Shown: positions 1 through 13,200 of the stretch, piece by piece
How positions within the stretch are numbered: position 1 is the first letter of the stretch
How the letters are laid out: each line of letters starts with the position of its first letter
Assembly (NCBI GenBank): GCA_965262115.1
Contig: OZ253496.1
Coordinates: forward strand, 1,536,001 to 1,600,000
DNA: 64,000 nt
Origin: Nitrospinales bacterium
GTDB taxonomy: Bacteria; Nitrospinota; Nitrospinia; Nitrospinales; VA-1
Direction: 5' to 3'
Made by a program: the position numbers and the translations under genes
The notes under the pieces: model-generated
Seen by the model: the letters and a program-made list of their open reading frames with translations, nothing else
Database searches by the model: none
Told to the model about the DNA's origin: nothing

Positions 1-10
1 TTTTTGGCAT
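1..10 (-). CDS. rpmI: 5' start of 50S ribosomal protein L35 (runs off window)
   Basis: ATG CCA AAA (MPK) with a GGAG RBS, directly downstream of infC; thrS-infC-rpmI order is canonical. Confidence 0.65.
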
Positions 11-110
11 TTTAAATTTACTCCGTGTCTATTTCTGCTTGGGTTCCTCGGCGGGTACTTTTAACGGTTTGTAACCGGTAATGCCCTAACCGTCCCTCTT
101 TTAGCTTCGT

Positions 111-704
111 CTATTTCTGCTTGGGTTCCTCGGCGGGTACTGCTGCCGGTTCTGCAATCGGTTGCGCTTTAACCGAGCCCCCTTTTTTGGTTTTAGAATT
201 TTTTGGCGCCAGAATCATGACCAACGTACGCCCTTCCTGCTTGGCCTGTTGTTCAATGACAGCCGTCTCTTCGGTTGCATCGGCAACCCGTTCCAGCACC
301 TTCATTCCGAATTCGCGATGCACGATTTCGCGGCCCTTAAAGAAAATCACCACTTTGGCCTTGTCACCGTTTCCCAGAAACCGTTGCACATTCCGCAATT
401 TGAAATCGAAATCATGCTGATCGGTATTAGGCCTAAACTTAACTTCCTTGACATGAATGATTTTTTGTTTTTTCTTGGCTTCGTGCGCCTTTTTGCTGTC
501 CTTGTATTTGTGTTTGCCGTAATCCATGATGCGGCAAACAGGCGGGTTAGCGGTCGGGGCAACTTCCACAAGATCCAGGTCCATATCTTGAGCCATGCTC
601 AGAGCTTCTTCTGTGGGCAGGGTGCCAATCGGTTCCCCGTCATCACCAATCACGGATACTTCCCGCACCCGAATCATCTTATTGATACGCTGTTTCTTAT
701 TAAT
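111..704 (-). CDS. infC: Translation initiation factor IF-3, probably with an AUU start at 704
   Basis: LDLVEVAPTANPPVCRIMDYGK and KEVKFRP motifs; frame extends upstream of the ORF-track ATG as INKKQRINKMIR to an ATT codon behind GGAAGG. Confidence 0.95.
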   Translation of the reverse strand: MNKKQRINKMIRVREVSVIGDDGEPIGTLPTEEALSMAQDMDLDLVEVAPTANPPVCRIMDYGKHKYKDSKKAHEAKKKQKIIHVKEVKFRPNTDQHDFDFKLRNVQRFLGNGDKAKVVIFFKGREIVHREFGMKVLERVADATEETAVIEQQAKQEGRTLVMILAPKNSKTKKGGSVKAQPIAEPAAVPAEEPKQK

Positions 705-728
705 TTAAATACAACCTTCCATAAAAAA

Positions 729-2477
729 TTAATCTTCAGATTCTATCAGCCGGGAATCTATGCCGGATTTCAGTTCATTCAGAAAGGTCTCAAAATCGAG
801 GGTCCGGGTTTCTTTGGAACGCCGCTTGCGAACACCCAGAGTCTGGGATTCAACCTCTTTGTCCCCTAAAACAACCATATAGGGGATTTTTTGTAGTTGG
901 GCCTCGCGTATTTTGAACCCAATCTTCTCATTTCGCAAGTCTTTTTCTACCCGAATATCCGATTCTTCAAACCGTTGGGCCAGTTTTTCAGCATATTCGG
1001 CATGATTATCGGTGATCGTACAAATAATGACCTGCACCGGGGCCAGCCAAAGCGGGAACGCGCCAGCATAATGCTCGATCAGACAACCAAAAAAACGCTC
1101 CAGCGAACCCATTAAGGCGCGGTGGAGCATGATCGGCTGATGGCGCTGCCCATCTTCTTCAATATAGCTTATGTTAAAGCGTTCGGGAAGGTTAAAATCG
1201 ACCTGCACCGTTGAAACCTGCCAATATCGGTTCAGGCTGTCCTTGATTTTGATGTCGATTTTCGGGCCATAGAAAACCCCTTCGCCGGGGTCGACCTCGA
1301 AATCCAGCTTTTTGTTGTTCAGGGCATTTTCCAGAGCTTTTGTCGCGCTTTCCCAATCCTCATCCGCGCCGACATATTTGTCCGGCTTGGTGCTCAAATA
1401 AATTTTGTATTCAAAGAATCCGAACGACTGCAGAATATAAACGATCAACTCGAGAACCTTGGTGATCTCCTCTTCAATCTGCGAAGGACGACAGAAAAGG
1501 TGAGCGTCATCCTGCGTGAACCCGCGTACGCGCAAGAGACCGTGCAGAACTCCGGATCGTTCGTAACGGTAAACCGTTCCCAACTCGGCAAATCGTATTG
1601 GCAGGTCCCGGTAACTCCGCAACTTGCTTTTATAAATCTGGATATGGAAGGGGCAGTTCATCGGCTTCATGACATACTCTTTGCCCTCAATATCCATATT
1701 GGAGAACATGTTCTCCTTATAGAACTCGGTATGGCCGCTGGTTTTCCACAGGTCGATCTTCGCCGTATGCGGACTGATCACCATCTCGTAACCGTTTTTG
1801 AAATGTTCCTTCTTCCAGAAATCTTCCATCAGGTGGCGGATGCGTGCGCCTTTCGGGTGCCAGAGAATGAGTCCCGGTCCAATTTCGTCTGCTACAGAAA
1901 ACAGGTCGAGCTCTTTACCGAGTTTGCGGTGGTCGCGCTTCTTGGCTTCTTCCAACCTTTTGAGGTGGACCCTCAGCTCTTTTTCCGTGTTCCAGGCGGT
2001 GCCGTAAATTCTTTGCAGAACCGGGTTGCGCTCGTCCCCACGCCAGTAGGCGGATGAAGTGTGAAGAAGCTTGAATGCCTTGATCTGCTTGGTCGATTCC
2101 ACATGCGGACCGCGGCAAAGGTCGGACCAGTCGCCTTGCGAGTAAACGGAGATGGGTTCTTCTACACTATCGATGATCTCGACTTTGAACTTCTCCCCCA
2201 TGTCGGTGAATTTTTTTATGGCTTCATCGCGGGAAATTTCAGTGCGCACGATCTCTAAATCTTTCGCGGCGATCTCTTTCATGCGCTTTTCGATTTTTTC
2301 CAGGTCTTCCGGGACGAAAGCCTTGTCGCGGGAGAAGTCGTAATAGAAACCGTCTTCGATCACCGGGCCGATGGTGACCTGGGTACCGGGGAACAGTTCC
2401 TGAACCGCTTGCGCCATCAAATGGGCGCAACTGTGCCGCAGCGTTTCCAAATCTACCTGGTTTGGGTTGCTCGACAT
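729..2477 (-). CDS. thrS: Threonine--tRNA ligase (short form lacking the N-terminal TGS domain)
   Basis: RHSCAH, DLCRGPH, KPMNCP, RVRGFTQDDAH and FYGPKID motifs. Confidence 0.97.
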   Translation of the reverse strand: MSSNPNQVDLETLRHSCAHLMAQAVQELFPGTQVTIGPVIEDGFYYDFSRDKAFVPEDLEKIEKRMKEIAAKDLEIVRTEISRDEAIKKFTDMGEKFKVEIIDSVEEPISVYSQGDWSDLCRGPHVESTKQIKAFKLLHTSSAYWRGDERNPVLQRIYGTAWNTEKELRVHLKRLEEAKKRDHRKLGKELDLFSVADEIGPGLILWHPKGARIRHLMEDFWKKEHFKNGYEMVISPHTAKIDLWKTSGHTEFYKENMFSNMDIEGKEYVMKPMNCPFHIQIYKSKLRSYRDLPIRFAELGTVYRYERSGVLHGLLRVRGFTQDDAHLFCRPSQIEEEITKVLELIVYILQSFGFFEYKIYLSTKPDKYVGADEDWESATKALENALNNKKLDFEVDPGEGVFYGPKIDIKIKDSLNRYWQVSTVQVDFNLPERFNISYIEEDGQRHQPIMLHRALMGSLERFFGCLIEHYAGAFPLWLAPVQVIICTITDNHAEYAEKLAQRFEESDIRVEKDLRNEKIGFKIREAQLQKIPYMVVLGDKEVESQTLGVRKRRSKETRTLDFETFLNELKSGIDSRLIESED

Positions 2478-2528
2478 TTTTTAAAGTTTCCAGGCCCCCT
2501 CTTTAATCAAGGAGGTCCAATCCTGTTT

Positions 2529-2639
2529 GTCATCGCGAGCGACTAATTAAGGAGCGTGGCGATCCAGGTTTTAACCAAAGGTTTAAATTCCAGACTCAGA
2601 ACCTGGATTGCTTCGTCGCCGGTGGTTCCTCGCAATGAC
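2529..2639. repeat. CGTC-type REP-like palindromic pair (GTCATCGCGAG...CTCGCAATGAC), copy without micro-element
   Basis: Inverted arms; homologous to 7518-7634 and 11351-11507. Confidence 0.85.
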
Positions 2640-2754
2640 GATTGAATTGTTTTTCATTTCCCCGGGACGATGTCCGGAAAATGAAAAGGCACCATACGCA
2701 CCGGCATGATGCCCAGCTTAGGCCGTTGAGGCCGATTAAAAAATTAAAACCCGC

Positions 2755-2851
2755 AGATTCTTCACTACGTTCAGAATGACATACTAAAATCTCTTAATTG
2801 TCATGCTGAGTTTATCGAAGCATCTCGCTTTTCTGCCTTTTGTAAAGGTCT
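2755..2851. repeat. CGTC-type REP pair (CAGAATGAC/GTCATGCTGAG) with an AAAGGTCT end
   Basis: Homologous to 39598-39725. Confidence 0.8.
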
Positions 2852-2859
2852 TTAAAAAA

Positions 2860-2931
2860 TAGGCACGGGCGGTTTCGAACCGCCGACCCCTTGCATGTCA
2901 AGCAAGTACTCTACCCCTGAGCTACGCGCCT
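2860..2931 (-). tRNA. tRNA-Val(GAC), CCA not encoded
   Basis: AGGCGCGTAGCTCAGGGGTAGAG...CTTGC-TTGACAT-GCAAG...GGTTCGAAACC cloverleaf. Confidence 0.95.
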
Positions 2932-3145
2932 GAAAAATCAGTGAAGGCTATTCTAAATGCAGTTGCTCATTTGGTCAAGCCCCTACTGGGCGTAGGGCCA
3001 GCACTGCATTGCTCGTATAGCGGACGGAACACTCAAGCGCAATACTTTAATTGATCGTCCTCCTTACAAGAGGGAAAATGGCGACCCTATTTTTACTTGG
3101 TAATTATCACTCCAGTTATGCTAAAAGGTGGTGGTCGTCTGTTGT

Positions 3146-3265
3146 TCAGGCTACTTTAACCTGGCACGATTTCGGTTTAGTCCGCTTATGTGGCTTTACC
3201 GGAACCGTTTTCGGGCCAGGCTTTCGAGTAGTTCGAACGGTTCGTGCAACTTTTCGACAAGTCAT
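3146..3265 (-). CDS. Putative 39-aa basic small protein MTCRKVARTVRTTRKPGPKTVPVKPHKRTKPKSCQVKVA
   Basis: Manual translation; AAAGGAG RBS 6 nt upstream of the ATG; below the ORF-track cutoff. Confidence 0.5.
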   Translation of the reverse strand: MTCRKVARTVRTTRKPGPKTVPVKPHKRTKPKSCQVKVA

Positions 3266-3390
3266 ACGATACTCCTTTCAAATTAAACTCGGAAATTTGG
3301 CTTGCCACCCCTGAGGCTCCTTTGTCTCCCCTTATTTAGGCATTGGGCTCATGGGTTGAAAGGGTGACGGCTACCACCCACAACATTTTT

Positions 3391-4578
3391 TTATCTTAAA
3401 AATGAATAACCTTTTCCTTTTGGAAGATCCTTTATTTTCTGGAAAAACTCGGTCTCGGTAATTTTTGTTGGCCAATCTAAATTAACACTCAATAAAAAGC
3501 CATCATTAGTTTTATTGGCACTGATTGCATTCAGCCCGATCAGGTTGTTTAAATCTCTTACCAGGGCTGCGTAAGGTGAAGTGAGTTTACCGTAATAAAT
3601 TAGCGTCCTGTCTATCACCTCTACCAGTGTCAATGGCTCGTCTAATAAAACTGTAAGGACATTTAGCTGGCGCTTGGCGAGCACTTTTTTTTCTTTGAAT
3701 GAAGCCGCTTGAACAAGGTGTATGCCATGCCCATGAAAAGCTCTTTGGAAACTTCCTTGCGAATCTGAGAGAGCAGACGTTTGCTTTGAATTTCTATGCC
3801 CTTTAACCCAAAAATCAAGAAGGAAGTTAAATCAAAATTTTCGGCCCGGGTTTTTGCCAGAGTTGCTAAATAGTTATTTTTTTCATCGTAATAATAATTC
3901 GACATGGCAATGAAACAGGTGTCACGCAGTCCTGCTCTTTGCAGCATCAATGCCTCAAGGCAGCGCGCTGTACGACCATTTCCATCCAGAAAAGGGTGCA
4001 TAGAAGCCATGTGAAAATGGGCGGCAAGGGCCTGAACTAATAGGTCGTGCTCGGAGTATTCTCGGTTGATTGCTTTTACTAATAAGGAAAAAGCCGCTTC
4101 ACATTCTTTGCCTCCATCTGCGCCACGATGTTTTGGAGACCCAAAATTAACATTCTGGTCTTGGGAACGGATCACAGGGAGGACAATGATCATCGTCTGC
4201 ACCCGTCACAATGAGCCGATGTATTTCAGTTATCAAGTATTCATTAACGGGTTGCTCATCTGGAACTTTTGTAAGCCATTGATAGGCCTTTAAAGCGGCA
4301 TGGGCCTGCCGTTGTGATCTGGTGATTAGCTCTTCAGGGGACTCCTGTAGTGCATCCTCTAATTCCCTTTCGGTAAAATCCGCGCCCTCAATTCGGGAGG
4401 TCCCAGCCACTTCCCGTTTTAATTCCATTTTTTGCAAAGAATCCACCCATCGTTTTTGGTACGGGATAGCGCCAAGGGAAATAACGGCAGCCTTGGCATT
4501 TACCAAGGCATTTGATATGGCTTGAGAGTCATATTTGATCCAGTTTTCGGGCATGTTATATTTAATCATTTTTAACAT
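3391..4578 (-). pseudogene. Fic family protein split by two frameshifts
   Basis: HPFLDGNGRTAR Fic motif and N-terminal TSRIEG inhibitory-type motif; three overlapping ORFs (4147-4578, 3663-4202, 3391-3684). Confidence 0.85.
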
Positions 4579-4890
4579 TATATTTTTGTTTTATTTTAAA
4601 GTCAAGTTTTAATAAGTCTTTTATTTAAAAGAATTTATAAAATATTTTACAAATATATTTATAGTTTATTTTTAATTTATATTAACTTAATATATTCAAC
4701 ATTTCCTATAGATATCTAGTTAAAAACAAATTGTGCAGCAAAAAAGGAGCTAATAAACGATTAAAAATTAAAGGAAAACTATCTTGATTTGCCAGGGGAA
4801 TGGGAGGCGAGGAGGGGTGGGGATTGCCTGTTTTTGCTTACCTGCCTCCCTAATGGGAGGCAGGGTTTTAGAGCTGGGCGATCTATGCGG

Positions 4891-7475
<2,585 letters not shown>

Positions 7476-7517
7476 AGCTCAATCAGGCCATCCAGCGGGC
7501 TGCTGGATGAACAAATC

Positions 7518-7634
7518 GTCATCGCGAGCGACTGTGTGAAATTCTTCATTTGCCTTCATGCCCCGAAGGGGTAAAAGGAGCGCGGCGATCCGGGTTTCTG
7601 GATTGCTTCGTCGCGGTTAGCTCCTCGCAATGAC
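7518..7634. repeat. CGTC REP pair carrying a 39-bp micro-element (7535-7573)
   Basis: Alignment with the copy at 2529-2639, which lacks the insert. Confidence 0.85.
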
Positions 7635-7682
7635 GGGTTATAAAAAGTTCTTGTTTTTGGCGGCACAGAAGTCATCATAAGA

Positions 7683-8465
7683 TCACAGCTCAATCAGGCC
7701 ATCCAGCGGGCTGCTGGCTGAGGCATAAAGTTTTTTAGGGATGCGTCCGGCTTCATAAGCCAGTCGGCCGGACTCCACCGCCATTTTCATAGCTAATGCC
7801 ATCTTGTACGGCTCTTTCGCGCTGGCGATGGCAGTGTTCATCAAGATTCCTGAAACGCCGAGTTCCATGGCGCGGCTGGCATCGGAGGCGGTGCCAACCC
7901 CGGCATCGATGATGACCGGCACCTTGACCGCTTCTAAAATCAGTTTGATGTTATACGGGTTGCGAATGCCGAGGCCGGAGCCGATCGGCGCCGCCAGTGG
8001 CATGACTGCGGCGCAACCGATGTCTTCGAGTTTTTTGCAGAGCACGACATCGTCGGTGCAATAAGGCAGAACATGAAAGCCGTCTTTGACTAATAGTTTA
8101 GAAGCCTCCAGCGTGGCTTCGTTGTCGGGGAACAGAGTTTTCTCGTCACCGATGACTTCTACCTTGACGATGTTTCCCAGTCTCGCTTCCCGCGCCAGTT
8201 CGCAAGTCATCACCGCCTCTTTCAGCGTGTAGCATCCGGCGGTGTTGGGCAGAAAAGTGTATTTTTTTGGGTCGAGATGATTGAGTATGGAGTCTTTATT
8301 TTTGTCCAGCTCAATGCGGCGAACGGCGACCGTCACAATTTCGGCGCCGGAAATTTCGATAGCCTGTCGGGTTTCGTCGAAGGATTTATATTTCCCGGTC
8401 CCTACAATCAGCCTGGACTTGAAGGTCTTGTCGCCAATTTTCATGAATTCTTGTTTTGTGTTCAT
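7683..8465 (-). CDS. thiG: Thiazole synthase
   Basis: [17 protein letters not shown] and [12 protein letters not shown] motifs. Confidence 0.97.
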   Translation of the reverse strand: MNTKQEFMKIGDKTFKSRLIVGTGKYKSFDETRQAIEISGAEIVTVAVRRIELDKNKDSILNHLDPKKYTFLPNTAGCYTLKEAVMTCELAREARLGNIVKVEVIGDEKTLFPDNEATLEASKLLVKDGFHVLPYCTDDVVLCKKLEDIGCAAVMPLAAPIGSGLGIRNPYNIKLILEAVKVPVIIDAGVGTASDASRAMELGVSGILMNTAIASAKEPYKMALAMKMAVESGRLAYEAGRIPKKLYASASSPLDGLIEL

Positions 8466-8489
8466 ATTGCCAGTTTTAAAAAATTAAAA

Positions 8490-8693
8490 TTAAATTCCAC
8501 CACCGACGGCATGCACAATTTCAACCTCGTCGTTTTCCTGGATCGGGGTTGCGGCGTATTTGGATTTTGGAACGACTTGCTGGTTAAGGGCCATGGCGAA
8601 ATTTGGGGCCTGAATATCGAGCTCGCGAGCCAGGTCCTCAAGGTTCTGGCTTTTCAGGATTTCGCGGTTTTCGCCATTAATCGTCAGTTTCAT
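8490..8693 (-). CDS. thiS: Sulfur carrier protein
   Basis: 67 aa, C-terminal EIVHAVGGG(I); upstream of thiG. Confidence 0.92.
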   Translation of the reverse strand: MKLTINGENREILKSQNLEDLARELDIQAPNFAMALNQQVVPKSKYAATPIQENDEVEIVHAVGGGI

Positions 8694-8807
8694 AGGATAC
8701 GCTCCAGAAAAAGGACAAGGTCCAGTCCAAAATATCCGTTAAATCAATAAGACAAGACTAAAATCGCGGATCAAATGCAGGAGGGATTCTTAAAGGAAGG
8801 GCGGACA

Positions 8808-8846
8808 TAAAAAAAGCCGCATCCCAACCTTGGAGGAAATGCAGCG
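8808..8846 (-). terminator. Intrinsic terminator, likely the expression platform of the TPP riboswitch
   Basis: GCTGCAT..ATGCGGC stem followed by a T run on the minus strand, just 3' of the aptamer. Confidence 0.7.
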
Positions 8847-8866
8847 TATCTATTGTAAGATGGCCT

Positions 8867-8949
8867 CACTTCCCTTCGCTGGCATGATCCAGATCAGGTT
8901 CAAAGGGTCGTCCTGTTTTAGGACTCTCAGTTCAAAAACGCCCCCAGTG
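8867..8949 (-). promoter_or_regulatory. TPP riboswitch (THI box)
   Basis: GGGGGCG...CTGAGA...ACCCTTTGAACCTGATCTGGATCATGCCAGCGAAGGGAAG upstream of thiS. Confidence 0.95.
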
Positions 8950-9023
8950 TTCGTGACGAGTCTAGGTTATTTCATATTTCCTACAAGTCAACAATTATTG
9001 ACGTAAAAATAAAAAAGAGTAAT

Positions 9024-10220
9024 ATGCACATTATGTTTCCCACACTCCTGTTGCGCGTTTTGTTAATGGTTCTCCTTTTTGGGATCAGTGGTTGCGTCAC
9101 CCGCTCGGCGCCTGTAAATCCCCATTTTGAGATGCCACCCGAGAATCTGCCTAAAGCGCAGCTGGAGCTGTATAACCGCGCCATGGCGCAACTAAAAAAC
9201 AATCAACTCGACAACTCGATTGATCTCTGGAAACAGTTTTTGCAAAACAACCCGAGGTCGTTCAGGGGCCATAACAACCTTGGCATGGCGTTTTATTCCA
9301 GTGACCAACTGGCACCCGCCGTGACCTCTTTTGAAACCGCTCTGGCTCTGGAACCTTTTGACACTAAGATCAAGGATAATCTGAAAAGAGCATTACGGTT
9401 TCAGGTCACAATTTTGCGGGAGAACAAGGATTTTGAAACAGCTATCGAGCATCTCGAAAGGGTGAAAAAACTCACCGATCTTGGGGGAAAAGAGAAAGTG
9501 GCGCTGAAGATAGAAACCCTCCAGGACCTTATCTACGAGCAGGTCAAGCGGGCCAACACGTTGGAAGATTATGAAGCGTTTGTGGCGAAATATCCCGACA
9601 ACCCGAAAAACTCTGATGAGGCCCGGCGTCTGATTGCCAAAATTAAGCCGGAAGAATCCCTGTTGGGAGAATTTCCGGAAATGCAGGGAGACATGTTGCC
9701 CGACCCTGTGCAACGAACCACCCAGACCCGAGAGGAGGTTTTTGTCCCCGAGCCGATGGGAGAGAGCCGTGTTCCTATTGCTTCCGCGCCTGTGCGCAGG
9801 GAATCGATAGAAATCGTGGCGGAAACAAAACGGTCTGTTGATGAGGAAGAGTTTTTCGAGGAGACACTGGATGAGAGGTTGGAACCTGTGGTGGAAGAAG
9901 CTACGCCAAAATCGTCAGCAATGGAGCGGCCTCAAAGAACCGAACCGATTGTGGATCCGGATATGGAAATGAAACGGGAAACACCTTCGATTGCCGCTCC
10001 GGTCGAGGAACCTGTGCCAACAAAACGGGTGCGGGTCACGACCCAAAATGCCTCGCTTCGAGTGTGGGCAAAACCGGATGCCCGGTCTACAGTGATGTCC
10101 CAGATCCCCAAAAATTCGGTTGTGCCGGTTTTTCAGGATACCGACAAGTGGTTCCAGATTGAGTACCAAAAAGGCAAGAAGGGCTGGATCTCCAAAAAAT
10201 ATTCCCGGCTGGTAAATTAA
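9024..10220 (+). CDS. Lipoprotein with N-terminal TPR repeats, acidic linker and C-terminal SH3-like domain
   Basis: ISGC lipobox; HNNLGMAFY TPR; C-terminal WFQIEYQKGKKGWIS. Confidence 0.75.
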   Translation: MHIMFPTLLLRVLLMVLLFGISGCVTRSAPVNPHFEMPPENLPKAQLELYNRAMAQLKNNQLDNSIDLWKQFLQNNPRSFRGHNNLGMAFYSSDQLAPAVTSFETALALEPFDTKIKDNLKRALRFQVTILRENKDFETAIEHLERVKKLTDLGGKEKVALKIETLQDLIYEQVKRANTLEDYEAFVAKYPDNPKNSDEARRLIAKIKPEESLLGEFPEMQGDMLPDPVQRTTQTREEVFVPEPMGESRVPIASAPVRRESIEIVAETKRSVDEEEFFEETLDERLEPVVEEATPKSSAMERPQRTEPIVDPDMEMKRETPSIAAPVEEPVPTKRVRVTTQNASLRVWAKPDARSTVMSQIPKNSVVPVFQDTDKWFQIEYQKGKKGWISKKYSRLVN

Positions 10221-10369
10221 CCCCCTTCATCCAATTAGCTGATTCCTCCATCCATTACTGGATGTTATCCAGAAGTGTTGTTTGCTGTGATTCGAGTTGA
10301 CCCGGTTTGACCGCATGAATATAATCCGTTATTGGCAGGTAATTTAGATATCGAACTATTTGGAGAATT

Positions 10370-11337
10370 ATGGCAACGATTGATAAGGAAGAACTGGATG
10401 CATTGATCCAGAGCGAGTGGGATTATCTGGAATCCAAAAGAGGCGAGTGGAGCCTTCTTGAAGGGAAACAGGATATGGAAGTGCTGGAACATGTCTTGCG
10501 CTGTATCCTGCATATGGATTTGACCGAAGAAAAACCCCGCGAATTCAAAGAGTGCGTCAAGGTGCAAAACCCGGATGGCGGCTGGTCTAAAGAATCCCAC
10601 ACCGAAAAACTTCGATGTGGATCACGACTTTTGTTGGGCTCAAACTCTGCCGGGGTAATATGGCTCTCAAAGATCCGGAAATTCAAGTGACCGTTGATAA
10701 GACTCTGGAATATGTCCTGTCCATGCAGGAAGAAGACGGGCATTGGTCCGATGCTGAATGGTCTCATCTGGATACGACCTGTTCGGTCACGTGCTTTCTG
10801 ACCATCTATCAGGTCACTCAGGACAAGACCGATGACGAACGCATCAACAAAGCTCGTGTTAGAGGCTTCGAGTTTATCAAGGAATGGCAAAAGGATTCAG
10901 GACTCTGGAAAGATGAAACGTTCCATCCGGCAGGTATCGAAACCACGGCGCATTTAATGCAGTACACTCTGGTTCCCGCCTACTTCATGGACAAAATCGA
11001 GTATGCCGGAAAAATGTGCATGCAGGCGGCCGACTCCCTCGTGGCGGAACAAGCCGCAAACGGCAGTTGGGATAATGAAAATAATGACCACACCATGGAT
11101 GCCTGTCGTAACCTGATGCTGGTGTCGGACACCTTCAAGGATAAGGAAAAATACACGCCGATTATTGAAAAAGGGGTGCGCTGGCTGATCGATATTAAAA
11201 ATGAGCAGGGCTGGGGAGACTTCCCCGAGGAACCGAGCAACGTGGAACGCAGCGCAGATGGACTGGATACCCTGCTCAAATACCGGCGCTACTGCTCCAG
11301 CAAACCGATGTCCGATTTCTGGGCTTTTTCTAAATAA
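10370..11337 (+). pseudogene. Prenyltransferase/terpene-cyclase-repeat protein, frameshifted at A5 (10605-10609)
   Basis: QNPDGGW, QEEDGHW, QKDSGLW and QAANGSW repeats spread across two overlapping ORFs. Confidence 0.7.
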
Positions 11338-11350
11338 CCCCTTCAGTATT

Positions 11351-11525
11351 CGTCATCGCGAGCGACTGTGTGAAATTCTTCATTTGCCTTCATGCCCCGA
11401 AGGGGTAAAAGGAGCGTGGCGATCCAGACTTCTGGATTTACCCTTTCAGGGCACGAAAGCTTGGGAAGAATATCTCGGCTTCGTCGCTGTTGGCTCCTCG
11501 CAATGACGTGCTATGCAAGGGTTTC
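11351..11525. repeat. CGTC REP pair with two 39-bp micro-element insertions (11369-11407, 11439-11477)
   Basis: Alignment with 2529-2639 and 7518-7634. Confidence 0.85.
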
Positions 11526-11560
11526 CCTGTCAAGGGGTGTCAAGCTGGTAGAGGTTTTTT

Positions 11561-12316
11561 GTGGAAGCAATCATATTACTTGCCGGTTACGGCTCACGTC
11601 TGGATCGGCAAGATCTTGCTCATAAAGCGCTGCTGCCTTTCGGCGAGGAGACACTGCTTTCCCGCCACTTGAAATGCCTCAAAGCTCTGGGCATTCAGAA
11701 AACCCATCTCATCCTGGGTCATAATGCTCCGGTGCTGAAATCCTATGTGCAGGAACTCAACCTCGATCTGCCGGTACATTTCATTGATAACCCGGTCTAC
11801 CGCACCACCGGCAACACATTGTCGATGGTGATGGGACTCAAACACTGCCAGGACGAAACATTGATTCTCGATGGCGATGTATTGTATCCGCCCGAGGCCC
11901 TGCTCAATTATGTCCAAAAAGCGTCGCGCTCTTCATTTGCGTTGATACCTGCTGATATCGACGACGCTGAATGCGCGAAAGTATTGTTGAATCCATCAGG
12001 AACCATCCACGCTTTCATCACCAAACGAGAACTGACCGACGAGGAAAAATCCGGTTTCAGTTTTGGTGGCGAGGCTATAGGATTTTTCATGCTGCGCCAG
12101 GAAGATGTCCCCCGGTTTGTCGCCCTGTATGAAAATAATGAGTCCGCCTACCGACCCGTCCTTTGGGAAATCCCGTTCACCGAGTTTGCCCGAAACACCT
12201 CCCTGCATCCCTGGAACGTTGAGGAAGAAGGCTGTTTTGAAATAGACACCCAAGAGGACTACTCCACCGCATTGAAGCGCTTTCAATCCCACCCGGATCA
12301 ATACCAGCTCCCATAG
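11561..12316 (+). CDS. NTP-transferase (phosphocholine cytidylyltransferase/LicC-like)
   Basis: AIILLAGYGSRL, LDGD and EIDTQED motifs. Confidence 0.8.
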   Translation: MEAIILLAGYGSRLDRQDLAHKALLPFGEETLLSRHLKCLKALGIQKTHLILGHNAPVLKSYVQELNLDLPVHFIDNPVYRTTGNTLSMVMGLKHCQDETLILDGDVLYPPEALLNYVQKASRSSFALIPADIDDAECAKVLLNPSGTIHAFITKRELTDEEKSGFSFGGEAIGFFMLRQEDVPRFVALYENNESAYRPVLWEIPFTEFARNTSLHPWNVEEEGCFEIDTQEDYSTALKRFQSHPDQYQLP

Positions 12317-12570
12317 CTAATAAAGTACAAATAAGTTAAAAAACTGTATGATTTTTAACATTTTATATTATTAATTATAATAATTTATCAGTTTTTGGAT
12401 AAATTTAAATTTTTGTTTAAATTTTTTCTCAGTTTTTAAGAAAAATTTCCTCTTTAAATACAAAAGGTTAGATACATCTCTCCCAAGTCCTCCCGAAAAC
12501 TTTTGTTTATTGGTATCTTTTTTACTTTTTAATTGTGGTTCCCAGGATTTAAGGAAACCGGTTTTGATCC

Positions 12571-13095
12571 CTAACTTTGAAGCGACTTAGAGACTTTGAT
12601 CAATTGGTCCGACAATTTGCGAATGCGCTGTTCGATTTCAGGATCGGCCAGGTTGTCTCCTTCAAAAGCCGCACCTGTAACGTAAACGAATCGGGGCAGG
12701 ACGATACATCGAAAGTCCAGCATCAGGCTGTTAGCCAGGCTCATGATGGACATATAACTGCCTTGTCCTCCAGCGGCACAAAGAAACCCCACCACCTTAT
12801 CTTCCCAACTTTTTCCGGTAAGCTCGATCAGGTTCTTCGCGGCGGCATTGGCATCGTAGTTATAAATGGGGACGGAAAGCAAAATCCCCTCAGCTTTTTT
12901 AACTCGTTCAGCAACAGATATTACCTCCGGTTGTGCGTAAGCCGAATCTCCATCACAAAGAGGTAAGGGAATATCCTTTAGAGACATAAAATCTACCGTT
13001 GCACCTGCTTGACGTAGTGCTTCCTCGGCCTGTTGTGCCAGGACACGGCTACGGCTTTCAGGGTTGAGACTACAGGCCACAATTAAATAAGACAT
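12571..13095 (-). CDS. NADPH-dependent FMN reductase
   Basis: SLNPESRS, PIYNY and KNLIE motifs. Confidence 0.85.
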   Translation of the reverse strand: MSYLIVACSLNPESRSRVLAQQAEEALRQAGATVDFMSLKDIPLPLCDGDSAYAQPEVISVAERVKKAEGILLSVPIYNYDANAAAKNLIELTGKSWEDKVVGFLCAAGGQGSYMSIMSLANSLMLDFRCIVLPRFVYVTGAAFEGDNLADPEIEQRIRKLSDQLIKVSKSLQS

Positions 13096-13200
13096 TTATT
13101 TCTCCAGATTCAAAATGGTTATCACGGAAATGATTCAAATCTTTTCCCGTTGGCTTTCCATCTTATTTACAGTATAAAATTCCAGTTATAAAATTTAATT

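Noticed and set aside
162..869. Long antisense ORFs over infC, thrS, thiC, hisG, pfkA and others
   Set aside because: Shadow ORFs opposite well-supported conserved genes.
729..2477. ThrRS lacking the TGS domain as repeat-caused truncation
   Set aside because: Short-form ThrRS is known in other bacteria, and no TGS remnant was seen upstream.
12317..12570. Very AT-rich intergenic tract (also 4580-4790) as a replication origin
   Set aside because: No DnaA-box cluster or iterons recognised.
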